64,000 nucleotides of DNA. Origin: an uncultured Thermoleophilia bacterium (lineage in GTDB: Bacteria > Actinomycetota > Thermoleophilia > UBA2241). The stretch is from assembly GCA_963702475.1 (NCBI GenBank), contig CAVPCT010000003.1, positions 704,001-768,000 on the forward strand. The letters run 5' to 3'. The notes below the pieces were generated by a model. The model did not search any database. It worked only from the letters and a program-made list of their open reading frames with translations, and was not told the origin of the DNA. A program made the position numbers and the translations under genes. Shown here one piece after another: positions 24,529 through 35,761 of this stretch; within the stretch, counting starts at the first letter, position 1; each line of letters starts with the position of its first letter.

Positions 24529-25569
24529 TCAGGCCAGCGGCTGCTGCTGGGTGATGCAGTGGGGACCCGCGCCGAGGCGGCCGAGCTCGTGGGTCGGCAC
24601 CTGCACCACGTCGCGCCCGGGGAAGAGACGCGCCAGGGTCTCGCGGGCGGGCGCGTCGGCGGGATCGTCGAACGCGGGGACGACGACCGCACCGTTGGCG
24701 ATGTAGAAGTTGATGTACGACGTCGACATGCGGTGCCCGCCCTCGGGGTCGATGCGGCGCTCCGGCTGACGGAGCTTCGCTACCGTGAGGCGGCGGCCCG
24801 ACGCCGTCTCGGCCGCCTCGAGGCGCGCGGTGTTCTCGCGCAGCGGCTCGAATTGGGGATCGGCGGGGTCCTCGCACCACAGCGCCGCCACCACGCCGGG
24901 AGCGACGAAGCACGCCATGGCGTCGACGTGGCTGCCGATGGTGTCGTCCTCGAACGCCTCGGTCAGCCAGATCACCCTCTCGACGCCGAGATACGCGCAC
25001 AGCACCTCTTCGGCCTCTGCGCGCGACAGGCCCGGGTTGCGGCGCTCGTCGAGGACGACCTGCTCGGTCGTCAGAAGAGTCCCCTCGCCGTCCGTGTGTA
25101 TCGCGCCGCCCTCGAGCACGATGGGGGCGGTGAACCGGCGCGCGCCGGCCAGCTCGTTCACGCGGCGCGCCATCTGCGCCGTCTCCGCGTAGTCGTCGTG
25201 GATGCCCCCGTAGCAGTTGAAGTGCCACTCGACACCGCCGAGGGTCCCGTGGCGGTCGACGACGAACGTCGGAGCGCTGTCGCGGGTGAAGGAGTCGTCG
25301 GTCGCCATGGACACGACCTCCACGTTGTCGCGAGCAGCGCCCGGCGGCTCGACGCACCGCCGGCGCGCCTCCTGGACATCCGCGGAGTTCGCGATCATGC
25401 GCACCGGCTCGTGGCGGGCGATCTCGCGAGCGAACCGCGCCTGTTCGTCACGCGCTTCCTCGAAGTGGTAGAAGCCGTTCACGCGGCACGGCCACGCCAT
25501 CCAGCAGCACGCGTGGGGCGCCCACTCGGGCGGCATGGAGAAGCCGGCCTGTGCGGGGGTCTCGTTCAC
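24529..25569 (-). CDS. aguA: Agmatine deiminase / peptidylarginine deiminase family
   Basis: MPPEW.PH...WP, LEGGAIHTDGEGT, SHVD, SYINFY, GPHCITQQQP. Confidence 0.88.
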   Translation of the reverse strand: MNETPAQAGFSMPPEWAPHACCWMAWPCRVNGFYHFEEARDEQARFAREIARHEPVRMIANSADVQEARRRCVEPPGAARDNVEVVSMATDDSFTRDSAPTFVVDRHGTLGGVEWHFNCYGGIHDDYAETAQMARRVNELAGARRFTAPIVLEGGAIHTDGEGTLLTTEQVVLDERRNPGLSRAEAEEVLCAYLGVERVIWLTEAFEDDTIGSHVDAMACFVAPGVVAALWCEDPADPQFEPLRENTARLEAAETASGRRLTVAKLRQPERRIDPEGGHRMSTSYINFYIANGAVVVPAFDDPADAPARETLARLFPGRDVVQVPTHELGRLGAGPHCITQQQPLA

Positions 25570-25661
25570 ACTGCGAGCATAGCAGCGCCCTGACGGCGGG
25601 ACGCTGCCCCGGCGCGGCCGGACCGCTGACCGTGCCGTCCGGCGCCGCGAGACGCGCGCCG

Positions 25662-26456
25662 TCAGCCCAGGATCAGGCGCTGCGGGTCGACGTCGTCGCG
25701 CAGGATCCGCAGTTCCTCCGCCGTCGGTGGGGCGGCGACCGTCGCGCGCGACAGGTCGAGCGCGAAGCCGGTGTTCTCCTGGATGTGCTCCGGTGTCACG
25801 CCCTCGTAGCGCTCGGCCAGGTACATCTCGTGCGTGTCGTCGGCGAACTTCAGCACGCACAGGTTGGTGACCACGGCGATGGGGCCGCCGCGGCGGTACC
25901 CAGCGTGACGGCGCGAGTCGCCGCCGTCGAGCCAGCCCGGTGTGGTCATGTAGTCGAGCTTCTCGACGAACTTCTTCACGCCGTGCTGCATGAAGACGAT
26001 GTAACCGCTGGCCAGCGAGCCCGCGTCGCAGGCCCCGCCGCTGCCGCTGAAGCGCACCGTAGGCGCGGCGTAGTCGCCGATGACCGTGGAGTTCATGTTG
26101 CCGTACTTGTCGACCTGGGCCGCGCCCAGGAAGGCGATGGTGTGCAGGCGCCGGTTGGCGACGTAGCTGAACGCCTCCACCAGCCCGGCGTTCAGGTTGC
26201 TGAAGGCCATCACGCGGGGGTCGGCCACGGCCATGGGCAGCTCCTCGAGCCGGGGGCCGATGCCGCCGGTCTCGAAGAAGATGTGCGCGTGCGGGGCGTG
26301 GATGCGCTTGGCTACTGTGGCGGCCAGCATGGCCACGCCGGTGCCGGCGAACAGCACGTCGCCGTCTTTGATGAAGCGGCCGGCGGCGATGGCCATCATC
26401 TCGCGCGGAGAGTAGGCGGGCGCGCCCGTCGCGGTGGCCTGCGTCGGTTCGGTCAT
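25662..26456 (-). CDS. Family I CoA-transferase beta subunit (glutaconate CoA-transferase-like)
   Basis: FAGTG, FFETGG, FLGAAQVDKYGNMNST, SGSGGACD, QENTGF. Confidence 0.85.
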   Translation of the reverse strand: MTEPTQATATGAPAYSPREMMAIAAGRFIKDGDVLFAGTGVAMLAATVAKRIHAPHAHIFFETGGIGPRLEELPMAVADPRVMAFSNLNAGLVEAFSYVANRRLHTIAFLGAAQVDKYGNMNSTVIGDYAAPTVRFSGSGGACDAGSLASGYIVFMQHGVKKFVEKLDYMTTPGWLDGGDSRRHAGYRRGGPIAVVTNLCVLKFADDTHEMYLAERYEGVTPEHIQENTGFALDLSRATVAAPPTAEELRILRDDVDPQRLILG

Positions 26457-26461
26457 CTCGC

Positions 26462-27439
26462 TCACCTCCGGTCCAGACCCGGCGCGTAGCCGGCCACCGT
26501 GTTCGCGCGGATGCGCGCCAGCTGCGCGCCACCGACCTTGTCCAGGTAGGCGTCCCAGCTCTCCACGCCGTACACCCACTCCTCGAGCCAGGCGGCGAAG
26601 CTCTCATCATCCTTGGCCACCGCCTTGTAGTGGTTCAGGTGGGCGGGGTCGTAGTCGTAGAAGTAACGGCAGGCGGTGGGATGGGCGCCGTAGGGGACGC
26701 GGACGACGGCGTCCACCAGGAACGGCGGCAGGGCGTTCTGGTCGGGGTCCAGGCGCAGGTAGTCCTCGGGGACGATCTCCTCGCAGGTGACGATGACGGC
26801 GCCGGCCGCCTTGCACTGCTCCAGGTCGGCGAAGGTGAGCCCCTTGATCCGGACGGTGCCGTCGGTGCTCACCTGCTGTGCGTGGATGATGGAGACGTCG
26901 GGGGTCAGGGCGGGGAGCAGCACGACCTCGTCGTCCTCCCCGCCGAACGGGTTCTCCTGGACGATGACCTTCTGGGAGGGGATGCCGTCGCGGCCGCGCA
27001 CCTCCGGTGGGAAGCCGCACTTCTCCACGACGTCGGTGCCCAGGCCGGACTTGCTCGGGATGAACGGCACGTTGAGCGAGCCGGCCAGGAAGCGCAGGCT
27101 CATCATGTTGTTGGAGTAGTCCTCGACGAGGATCTCGCCGCGCTCGACCGCCTTGCGGAAGCGGATGCAGGTGGGCGCGAAGCGGCCGTTGCCGCCGTAG
27201 GCGATGTCCAGGCGACTCACGCAGCCGGCGCCGATGAGCACGTCCAGCGCCTGGCCGTTGGAGTGGGCCACCAGGTGCAGGTCCTTGATGCGGCGACGGG
27301 CGATCTCGTACATCGCCGCCATCGGGTTGCGGTTGATGGTGAAGCCGCCGACGGCGATCTGGCAGCCGTCGGGCACGAACCGCTCGACTGCCTCGCCGAT
27401 GGTCATGAGCTTGCCGTCGAGGCCGTTGTGCCCAGCCAT
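26462..27439 (-). CDS. Family I CoA-transferase alpha subunit
   Basis: GGFTINRNPMA, DVLIGAG, GLGTD, PDVSIIHAQ..DG, PYGAHPTAC. Confidence 0.85.
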   Translation of the reverse strand: MAGHNGLDGKLMTIGEAVERFVPDGCQIAVGGFTINRNPMAAMYEIARRRIKDLHLVAHSNGQALDVLIGAGCVSRLDIAYGGNGRFAPTCIRFRKAVERGEILVEDYSNNMMSLRFLAGSLNVPFIPSKSGLGTDVVEKCGFPPEVRGRDGIPSQKVIVQENPFGGEDDEVVLLPALTPDVSIIHAQQVSTDGTVRIKGLTFADLEQCKAAGAVIVTCEEIVPEDYLRLDPDQNALPPFLVDAVVRVPYGAHPTACRYFYDYDPAHLNHYKAVAKDDESFAAWLEEWVYGVESWDAYLDKVGGAQLARIRANTVAGYAPGLDRR

Positions 27440-27737
27440 GCTCTGTCCCCCTTGTCGCCTGCGGGCGGCGCCGGGTGCGGGGGTGCGGGTCCTGAAGACG
27501 CGAAGACCCCCAGCGGGCGTCACCACCTGAGCTGGGGGACAGGGGCTGTGCGGGAGGCCGGCGGGGGCGCCGCCGGCCGCGACCCTGTGGCAGCGCCACC
27601 ATGATACACGGGCGCGGGCGGGCGGCAAGCCGTGGCGATCCGGCCGTGAGGCACGGGCCGGCCGCGTGAGCGCTCGCCGGGTCTTGTCCGAGGGCCGCCG
27701 TGCGGTAGGCTCAGAGGCACCGAGCCGGGAGCAGCAC

Positions 27738-28859
27738 GTGGCCGACTTCAAGGACCAGATCTCGCCGCAGGCGGTGCGGACGCTGGCGGCCGAGCTCCAG
27801 CGAGCGTGGCCGGCGTTCGCGACGGATGCCTTCACGCGCGAGGCGTGCGAGGGCCTGGAGTCGCTCGAGCTCATGGCGCGCGTGCGGCACGTGGCCGCGG
27901 TGCTCGCCCGGCACTTGCCGGGCGACTTCGCCGCGGCCGCCGCGGTGTTCGACGAGGCCCTGCGCTCGCCGGGTTTCGCGTCCTGGATCTCGCTCCCGTG
28001 CGGCGTCTGCGTCGCCCAGATCGGTATCGACCACCCCGAGCTCGCGCTGCCGCTGCTCGCCCGCCTCTCACCGAGGTGTTCCAGCGAGTGGTCCGTGCGG
28101 CCGTTCATCGAGCGGTATCCGGACCTCGCCATGCAGTACGTCGGCTCCTGGGCGCGTGACCCCGACGAGCACGTCCGCCGCCTGGCCTCCGAGACTACGC
28201 GCCCGCGCCTGCCGTGGGCGCCCCGCCTCGAGCTGTTCGTGCGCGACCCCGCTCCGGTGGTCGCGCTCCTGGACCAGCTCCGCGACGATCCCTCGGCCTA
28301 CGTGCGTCGCTCCGTCGCCAACAACCTCAACGACATCTCCAAGGACCACCCCGATCTCGCCCTGACGGTCGCGCGACGCTGGCTCGCGGCCGGCGGCGAG
28401 CACGCCGACGAGGTGGTGCGCCACGGTCTGCGGTCCCTCGTCAAGGCCGGGGACCCGGAGGCCCTGGCCCTGCTGGGCTATGACTCCGACGCGCCCGTGA
28501 CCCTCCAGCGGATCAGCGTGACACCGCCGCGGGTGGCCATCGGCGGCGCCGTGACGCTCGAGTTCACGCTGCGCGCCGACGGTGACGGCGCGCCGGTCGT
28601 GGTCGACTACCTGGTCCACCATGTAGGGGCGCGCGGCGTCCGCGGGGCCAAGGTGTTCAAGCTGACCACGCGCACGCTGCCGTCGGGCAAGGCGGTGACG
28701 ATCCGCCGTCGCCACGTGTTCCGGGAGGTCACCGTGCGCCGCCTGTACCCTGGTCTCCACAGGATCGAGGTGCAGGTCAACGGCCGAGTGCTGGGCGGGG
28801 TGGACGTGGAGCTCCTCAAGCCCCCATCCTCGCCGGACCAGGATGCGGAAGCAGACTGA
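27738..28859 (+). CDS. DNA alkylation repair protein (AlkC/AlkD-like HEAT repeats plus C-terminal Ig-like domain)
   Basis: SSEWSVRPFI, HVRRLASE.TRPRLPWA, YVRRSVANNLNDISKDHP, KVFKL, RRLYPG.H. Confidence 0.85.
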   Translation: MADFKDQISPQAVRTLAAELQRAWPAFATDAFTREACEGLESLELMARVRHVAAVLARHLPGDFAAAAAVFDEALRSPGFASWISLPCGVCVAQIGIDHPELALPLLARLSPRCSSEWSVRPFIERYPDLAMQYVGSWARDPDEHVRRLASETTRPRLPWAPRLELFVRDPAPVVALLDQLRDDPSAYVRRSVANNLNDISKDHPDLALTVARRWLAAGGEHADEVVRHGLRSLVKAGDPEALALLGYDSDAPVTLQRISVTPPRVAIGGAVTLEFTLRADGDGAPVVVDYLVHHVGARGVRGAKVFKLTTRTLPSGKAVTIRRRHVFREVTVRRLYPGLHRIEVQVNGRVLGGVDVELLKPPSSPDQDAEAD

Positions 28860-28926
28860 GCGAGCCGCGGCCGGCTGGCGGGCCGGCGCCGGCCGCGACC
28901 ACGTGTGCCTGTGCTAGCATCCGCCC

Positions 28927-29322
28927 ATGGGCGAGGAGAAGCTCACCTTCCTGTTCTCGGGGTACGCGCGCCTGCCGCAGGACGTCAGTCACCAGGCCAT
29001 GTACAAGCGCGTCGGCGTGGTGCTCGAGGTGGACCCCGACGGCGAGGTCGTGGCCGCCGGCACGACGCTCATCATGCCGGTGGCCTCGGACTTCTTCGCG
29101 CGGCTGCTGGTGGGGCGCAACGTGGTCAGTGAGCGGCGCGAGATCGAGGCCACCGTGAGATACCGCTACCGCGGGCACTCCCAGGGCGCCCTGCTCTCGG
29201 CGTTGCACAAGGCGTTCGAGGCAGTCGACCAGAGCCCGCTCGGGCCGGCCGCCGCGTCCGGGCCGGCCGCCGCAGGCGGGCCGGCCTCTGAGGGCGACCC
29301 GGAGACCGAGCAGCTCGGCTGA
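28927..29322 (+). CDS. DUF3870-like protein
   Basis: SGYARLPQ..Y..VGVVLEVD..G, RY.GHSQ.AL. Confidence 0.7.
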   Translation: MGEEKLTFLFSGYARLPQDVSHQAMYKRVGVVLEVDPDGEVVAAGTTLIMPVASDFFARLLVGRNVVSERREIEATVRYRYRGHSQGALLSALHKAFEAVDQSPLGPAAASGPAAAGGPASEGDPETEQLG

Positions 29323-29745
29323 GGCGCGGCCGCTCGCGGGCTCCGCTCGCTGTCTGCCCTTCGATTTCACCCGAATCGGGCGAGGCGGGGCGTCGTTGCG
29401 GCTCGTAGATTCGACCCCTGAGGGACGGAGGGGTCAGTAGACAAGCCCCCCACACGCCCGGCCCGATCTGAGCACCCGGGCCGAGGCGTAGCCTTGCGCA
29501 CCGCCCGTCGCTGCGGATGGCGGGCTCGGCCCCGGGTGACCTCACGGGGCCGACGGCGTGACGGCGCCGGCCGTCACGCCGGGTGCGACGGGTGACGACC
29601 GTATGGAGGTGCCGGGCGTCTTCGAGGCCGCGGTCGCGTCTTCGCGGACCGCCCGGGCGATTCCCCACGATGTGGCCAACTGGTGACGGAGGCCGGTCGC
29701 GGACGTACACTGAGGACGAAGAAGCACCTGCAGGAAGGGGTCGCT

Positions 29746-31960
29746 GTGCAGGAACGTGCAGCCGGGAACGGCACACAGCTTCCGGCCAAGCTCGCGCCTC
29801 CCGCGGCCCGCGTGCGGGACGTGCAGAGGCGGGCCGTCCTCGACGTCCTCTGCGGGAGCTCCCAACCGCTGGTCGTGTTGTCGGCTCCGGCCGGCACCGG
29901 CAAGACCACGGTCCTGCGCCAGTGGGCCGAGGACGACGGGCGACCTGTGGCCTGGGTGCAGATCGACCCGGCCGATGGCGACCCGGTGGTGCTGCTCACG
30001 TACGCCGGCCGCGCGCTCTCCGCCGTCACCACCGTGGACCCGGCGGTCGAGGATTCGCTGCTGGTGTCCGTGCCGCCGCTGCAGGAACGCATCCTGCCGC
30101 TGATGGCCGAGGCGCTGGCCGGGGCGCCGCCGTTCATCCTCGTGCTCGATGACGTTCACCTCCTCGGCTCGGAGCGGGCCTGGGAGGTCGTCTCGTTCCT
30201 GCAGCGTGAGCTCCCGCAGGGCGCGCAACTGGCGCTGGGCAGCCGTGTCGACCCGCCCTTGCACCTGGCCCGCATGCACGCGTCGGGCGAGCTGCTCGAG
30301 TTCGGCGTGCGCGAGCTGGCGTTCGACCGAGACGAGGTGCTGGAGCTGCTGGGTCTGCACGGCCTGGCGCTCGACGACGACGACGTCGACGCGCTCGTCG
30401 ACGCGACGGAGGGGTGGGCCACAGGCCTGCGGCTCGCCTGCCTCGCGGCCGCGGGGCGGCCGACGTCGGAGTGGCTGCCGCAGGTGCGCGGCGACCGCCG
30501 AGAGGTGGCCTCTTACTTCGCGGAGGAGGTGCTGGACCGGCAGCCGCCCGAGCTGCAGGACTTCCTGCTTGAGACGTCGGTGCTCACGGAGCTCACGCCC
30601 GAGCTCTGCCTGCTGGTCACCGGCCGGGAGGATGCGGGAGAGCTCCTCGCGCGGGTCGCGCATGATGAGCTCTTCGTCGTGCCCGTCGGCGACGAGGCGT
30701 CCCGGTATCGCTATCACCACCTGTTCGCCGAGATGCTCCAGGCCGAGCTGGCGCGGCGGCGCCCCGGCAGGCCGCAGGTGTCCCACCGTGCGGTCGCGCG
30801 CTGGTACGCGGAGCGCGGCCTCCCGGATCCGGCGGTGTTCCACCTGCTGGCCGCGGGTGACGTGGCCGAGGCCGGCGACCTTGTGGCGGCGTCGTGGCGG
30901 CCCGTCTGGTCGCGGGGCCAGGCGGAGACGGTGCGCCGCTGGCTCGAGTCGTTCACCGACCAGCAGATCCTGCGCCACCGGCCGCTCACGCTCACTGCCG
31001 GGTGGATCTTCACCGCGCTGGACGCCGGCGAGCTCGGCGCCCGCTGGGGCAAGGCGGCCTGCTCCGCCGTCATGACCGACGATCCGTCGCCGGACGGGGC
31101 CGCCTCGCTGCGCTCGTCGCAGGCGCTGTTGCGCGCGACCGTCGCACCACAGGGCGTCAAGCGCATGCGCGAGGACGCCGAGCTGGCCGCAAAGCTGGAG
31201 ACGGTACCGCCTACGAGCTGGTACGCAGATGCCCAGGTGGCGCTCGGTGTGGCGCGCTGGCTCTCGGGCACCGCCCAGCGCGCCGTCCATCCGCTGCAGG
31301 TTGCGGCCCGGGAGGGCTCGGTGCACAACCAGTCGGCGGAGCTGGCCGCTCTCGGCTACCTCGCGCTGATCGCCGTGGACGAGGGCGACTGGGACCTCGC
31401 TGCCGAGCACGAGGCGCACGCCACGGTGCGCCTCGCCGAGCTGGGGTTCGGCACCAACCGGCGCTGCCTGCCGATGCTGCTGGCCCGCGTACAGCTGCGT
31501 GCACACGCCGGCTGTGACGACGTCAAGCAGGCGGCGGACGACGTGGGCCGCCTGCTGCAAGCACATGGTGCCGCACCCGTGGATGGCGCTCCTCGCGGAC
31601 GTCGTGCTCGGCGAGGCGGCGGTGGAGTGCGGCGACGCGGAGGCGGCGGCCCATCACGCAGCTGCGGCCGCCGCCCTGCTCGAGCGCTACCCCGACCCGG
31701 GCATCCTTCGGCGCCGGGCCGAGCACTTGCAGGGCGCCGTGGAGCTCACGCGGCTCTTGGAGCCGCTCACGCCGGCCGAGCGCCGCTTACTCGAGCTCCT
31801 GCCCACGCATCTCACGGAGGCGCAGATGGCGGAGCACCTGTTCGTCTCCCGGAACACCGTGAAGTCACATCTGAAGGGCGTGTACCGCAAGCTCGGGGCG
31901 GCGACGCGTGCCGAGGCGGTGGACCGCGCGCGGGACGTCGGTCTGCTGCCCCGGGCCTGA
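29746..31960 (+). CDS. MalT-like LuxR-family STAND transcriptional regulator (apparent frameshift near 31560)
   Basis: Walker A APAGTGKTT, VLDDVH, TEGWATGL, YRYHHLF; C-terminal HTH LFVSRNTVKSHLKGVYRKLG in ORF 31499-31960. Confidence 0.85.
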
Positions 31961-31975
31961 AGCGAGGAGGTCATC

Positions 31976-33508
31976 ATGAGGCGTAGTCCTTCCGGCGGCG
32001 TCAGCCGCACCCTGGTCCGCCTTCTCCTGCTGGCGGCCGCGCTGGCCGGGCTTCTGGCCGCCGTCGCCGCTTCCGCGGGGGCGCGTCCCGGCCCGACGGG
32101 CTCCGGTCTGCAGGAGACGCCCAAGATCCTGATCATCAGTGCTTCGGCGACGGGGGCCGGCAGCATCCAGCCGTCCGGGGACATCCAGGTGTCCTTCGGG
32201 CGCAACATGACGTTCACGATGAAGGCCGACGCCGGCAGCCACCTGGCCGACGTGCGCGTTGACGGCGTGTCGGTGGGCACTCCGAGCACGTACACGTTCT
32301 ACGAGGTCACACGGAACCACAGCATCTACGCGCAGTTCATCCCGGACGGGGTGGTCATCAAGGCCAGCGCCGGGCCTCACGGGTCCATCTCGCCCTCAGG
32401 CGACGTGGTCGTCCCGCTCGGCGCCGACCAGGTGTTCACGATCACTCCCGACGCCGGCTACAAGGTGGCCGACGTGCTCGTCGACGGCAAATCCGTGGGT
32501 GCAGTGGTCACGTACACCTTCACGAAGGTGGCGGTGGCGCACACCATCGCCGCCTCATTCACCCAGGCGAAGGTGGTCATCACCGCCAGCGTCGGGCCGC
32601 ACGGCACGATCGCCCCTTCGGGGCAGGTGGAGGTGACCGCCGGCGCCGACCAGACCTTCACGATCACGCCGGACGCCGGCTACGAGGTGGCCGACGTGCT
32701 GGTCGACGGCGCGTCGGTGGGCGCCGTGACCACGTACACTTTCGTGGCCGTCACGGCGCCGCACACCATAGCTGCGTCGTTCGCCGCCGTGCCTCCGCCC
32801 GTCGTCAAGCTGAGCCCCTTCCTGACGCCCGGCCTGATCATCGGCAAGGGCTTCGAGGAGCAGGTGCTCTTCACCGTGCGGCAGACCCCGGGCGCGCAGG
32901 CGCGCCCGCACCTGCCGCTTCTCGCGGCCGTCTCGCCGCCGCTCGACGTCACGGTGACGGTGCTGGAGCCGGGCGCCACAGCGGCCACGGCGGTCGCGGT
33001 GACGTGGTCCACGCTTCCGGACGGCAGCGTCGCGGCCTCGGGCACGCTGCCCGCCGAGCACAGCGGCGAGCACGTCCTCACCGTCGCCTACGACAGCCCG
33101 GGCGGCAGCGGGACCGCCTCTGTCAGCTACGCCGTCTCCGGGTACTTCGCGCCCGTCGACGGCCTCCCGTCCAGCGGCAGCGTCGACGTGAGCAGCACCT
33201 CGAGCACGGCCAAGAAGTCGTTCCCTCTGCGCATCAGGCTGCGCAACAACAAGGGCGGTCCGGTCCTCACCGCGAAGCCCAAGCTGTACATCTTCGATCT
33301 CGCCACCGGCGTGCGCGTCTTCAAGGCCACGGCCTTCTTCAAGCACCTCGGCAAGGGCAGGTACGGGTTCACGTGGTACCCCAAGAAGATGAAGCCGTTC
33401 CCCGCGTGGAAGGGCACGACGCGCACGGCGCAGCTGGTGATCCCGCTCTACACCTCGGGGGTGAAGAAGGGCAGCAAGACGATGGGCGACATCGTGGTCA
33501 AGTGGTGA
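31976..33508 (+). CDS. Secreted protein with three divergent InlB B-repeat-like domains and a PxKF-like C-terminal domain
   Basis: Signal peptide; three copies of AS.G..G.I.PSG...V..G....FT...DAG...ADV.VDG.SVG....YTF..V...H.I.A.F. Confidence 0.7.
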   Translation: MRRSPSGGVSRTLVRLLLLAAALAGLLAAVAASAGARPGPTGSGLQETPKILIISASATGAGSIQPSGDIQVSFGRNMTFTMKADAGSHLADVRVDGVSVGTPSTYTFYEVTRNHSIYAQFIPDGVVIKASAGPHGSISPSGDVVVPLGADQVFTITPDAGYKVADVLVDGKSVGAVVTYTFTKVAVAHTIAASFTQAKVVITASVGPHGTIAPSGQVEVTAGADQTFTITPDAGYEVADVLVDGASVGAVTTYTFVAVTAPHTIAASFAAVPPPVVKLSPFLTPGLIIGKGFEEQVLFTVRQTPGAQARPHLPLLAAVSPPLDVTVTVLEPGATAATAVAVTWSTLPDGSVAASGTLPAEHSGEHVLTVAYDSPGGSGTASVSYAVSGYFAPVDGLPSSGSVDVSSTSSTAKKSFPLRIRLRNNKGGPVLTAKPKLYIFDLATGVRVFKATAFFKHLGKGRYGFTWYPKKMKPFPAWKGTTRTAQLVIPLYTSGVKKGSKTMGDIVVKW

Positions 33509-33513
33509 GCTGA

Positions 33514-33557
33514 CGGCCGGGGGCGGCGGGCGCTCTTGCGCCCGCCGCCCCCGGCCG
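33514..33557. terminator. Bidirectional hairpin terminator
   Basis: 20-bp perfect inverted repeat with TCTT loop between convergent genes. Confidence 0.75.
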
Positions 33558-33586
33558 ACGTCAGACACCGGTGCTTCTCGCCCGCA

Positions 33587-35467
33587 TCACTCCTCGACCG
33601 CGCGCCCGCGCCCGCGTCGCATCAGCAGCGCGATCACGACGATGACGACGATCGCCGCGACGACGCCGACGATGATCCACGTCGTGGTGCTCGACCCGCC
33701 GCTCGTCTCAGTGGACGCCGTCTCCGCCACCTTGGGCTGTACCTCGAGGTAGGTGAACACCCCGGTCGTCTGGTTCAGCACGTTGCCGAACTCCGCCGGC
33801 GACCTGACCCAGCCGGTCCACTCGGCGGTGTTCCAGCCTTCGGTGTCGTTGTTGTAGGCGAGCAGCAGGTACGGCGACTGCTCGTAGATGATCTGCTGCA
33901 TCTTGTCGAGGATCGCCTTGCGCTCCACCGGGTCGATGGCGTGCAGCTGCTCCGTGTACAGCTCGTCGTACTCGGGGTTGGAGTAGGCGCAGTCGCTCCA
34001 GCCGCCGATCTGGTCGGTGGTGAAGTAGCTGGTCGCCTGTCCTGGGTCGATGGAGTTGTACCAGCCCCAGATGCACAGGTCGAAGTCCGGCAGGAACTGG
34101 TCGCCCTTCGTGTTATAGAGCTTGTCCATGAGGGCGCCGTTGTCCATGGTCTCGAGCTCGACCTTGATGCCGAGCTGGCGCAGCCAGCCGGACAGCATCT
34201 TGCCCTCCTGCTGGCTCTCGGCGCTCGACTGGCGCGACCAGAGTCTCAGCGTGATGGGCTCGCCCTGCTTGTCGACGCGCACCCCGTCTTCGAGCGGGTA
34301 GCCGGCGGCGGTAAGGGCTGCGTCGGCCTTGGCGAGGTCGAAGGCGTAGGCCTGGTCGGCTGGCGGGGTCCAGTGCCAGTCCGGATCGGTGTAGTACCCC
34401 GCGGTGATGATGGTGTCGGCCGGCCTGGCGTTGCCGTAGTAGACGATGGAGACGATCTTCTCGCGGTCCACGGCGTACTGCAGCGCCTGGCGGAACCTCC
34501 AGTCCTGTAGCACCGGGTTACCGAGGCTCTCGACGCCCTCGGGCGGGACGTAGCAGTTGAGCACCACGTCGTCGTAGCCGTTGTTGCGGATGGACTCGAC
34601 GGTGACGCCGGGGTCGTTCTCGAACAGCTGGATCTGCGAGTTGAGCATCTGGACGGCGCCGTCGAGCGTGCCGGCCTTGAGGTCCTGCGCCAGCGTGTCG
34701 TCGTTGGTGTAGCACTGGAAGATCAGCTCGTCGATGTGAGGAGCGCCCCGCCAGTAGTCCTTGTTGGCCTCCATGATCACGTAGCTGCTCTTCTTGTACT
34801 CCACACACTCGAACGCGCCGCTGCCGACGATGGGCGGCTTGTTGGAGTACGTCGTGCCGGCGAGCTCGGGCGAGACGTCCTTCCAGATGTGCTCGGGCAG
34901 GATGGGGATGGCGTTGAGCGCCAGCAGCATGTCGGCCTTGGGCTTGTCCGTGACGAACTCGACGGTCTTCGGGCCGACGGCGGTGACCTCGCTGATGCCG
35001 GCCGTGTAGCTCGTGTAGGCCGTCATGTCGTTCTCGATGATGTAGTCGTACATGAACTCGACGTCGGCGGACGTGACCGGCTGGCCGTCGTCCTGCCAGG
35101 TGGGGCCGTCGCGCAATGTGAACGTCCAGGTGAGGCCGTCGTCGCTCACCGACCAGTCCTCCGCCAGGCCGGTCTCTCTGGACGGCGCGAGCGTGGCCGG
35201 ATCGACCCCGACGAGGAAGTCGTAGTTGGTGGCGAAGATCAGGTACGACCCCATGACCTGGGCGACGAAGGGGTTGAGGTTGTCGGGCTCGCCGACGTAG
35301 CCGATGCGGAGGACGATCTTCTCGGACGACGCCGACGGGGTGGGGCTGGACGCGGCGGCCTGTCCCAGCCCGGCCGCCAGGCAGGCCGCGAGCAGCAACA
35401 GAAGCAGGACGACAGTGACGCTGAGCGACCGTCCGGTGTGGACGCGGTGACGAGTGCGACGACCCAT
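33587..35467 (-). CDS. ABC transporter peptide/nickel-type substrate-binding protein (family 5) with C-terminal membrane anchor
   Basis: Signal peptide, LNPF, LAEDWSVSDDGLTWTFTLR, VGSGAF, FRQALQYAVDRE, C-terminal TM helix and basic tail. Confidence 0.88.
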   Translation of the reverse strand: MGRRTRHRVHTGRSLSVTVVLLLLLLAACLAAGLGQAAASSPTPSASSEKIVLRIGYVGEPDNLNPFVAQVMGSYLIFATNYDFLVGVDPATLAPSRETGLAEDWSVSDDGLTWTFTLRDGPTWQDDGQPVTSADVEFMYDYIIENDMTAYTSYTAGISEVTAVGPKTVEFVTDKPKADMLLALNAIPILPEHIWKDVSPELAGTTYSNKPPIVGSGAFECVEYKKSSYVIMEANKDYWRGAPHIDELIFQCYTNDDTLAQDLKAGTLDGAVQMLNSQIQLFENDPGVTVESIRNNGYDDVVLNCYVPPEGVESLGNPVLQDWRFRQALQYAVDREKIVSIVYYGNARPADTIITAGYYTDPDWHWTPPADQAYAFDLAKADAALTAAGYPLEDGVRVDKQGEPITLRLWSRQSSAESQQEGKMLSGWLRQLGIKVELETMDNGALMDKLYNTKGDQFLPDFDLCIWGWYNSIDPGQATSYFTTDQIGGWSDCAYSNPEYDELYTEQLHAIDPVERKAILDKMQQIIYEQSPYLLLAYNNDTEGWNTAEWTGWVRSPAEFGNVLNQTTGVFTYLEVQPKVAETASTETSGGSSTTTWIIVGVVAAIVVIVVIALLMRRGRGRAVEE

Positions 35468-35761
35468 GGTGGCCCTCCCTCCACTGGTGTCTGAGCGGGC
35501 GGCTCCGGGCGGAGTGACTTGGCTCCGGTCGGATCCGGAAGCCGCCCGTCAGTTCTGTATCGGCAGCTGGCGGCGGACGTATCACCCGGAGTGGGTGAAA
35601 CTGGGGCCGGGGGCCGGTGAGACGCGCCCCTCGAGCGACTGTTGTCAGTCCCCGGGGCGCGGACTAGCATCGGTCCCGGAGACAGGGTGGCGCCGGGCGG
35701 CAGGGCTTGACGCTGCGCCCGGCGCCCAGGAGGGGGTCCGCGTGGCGCAGCGAGCAGGACG

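Noticed and set aside
31550-31570. MalT-like regulator split from its HTH
   Set aside because: Removing a single base restores a normal full-length protein; likely error
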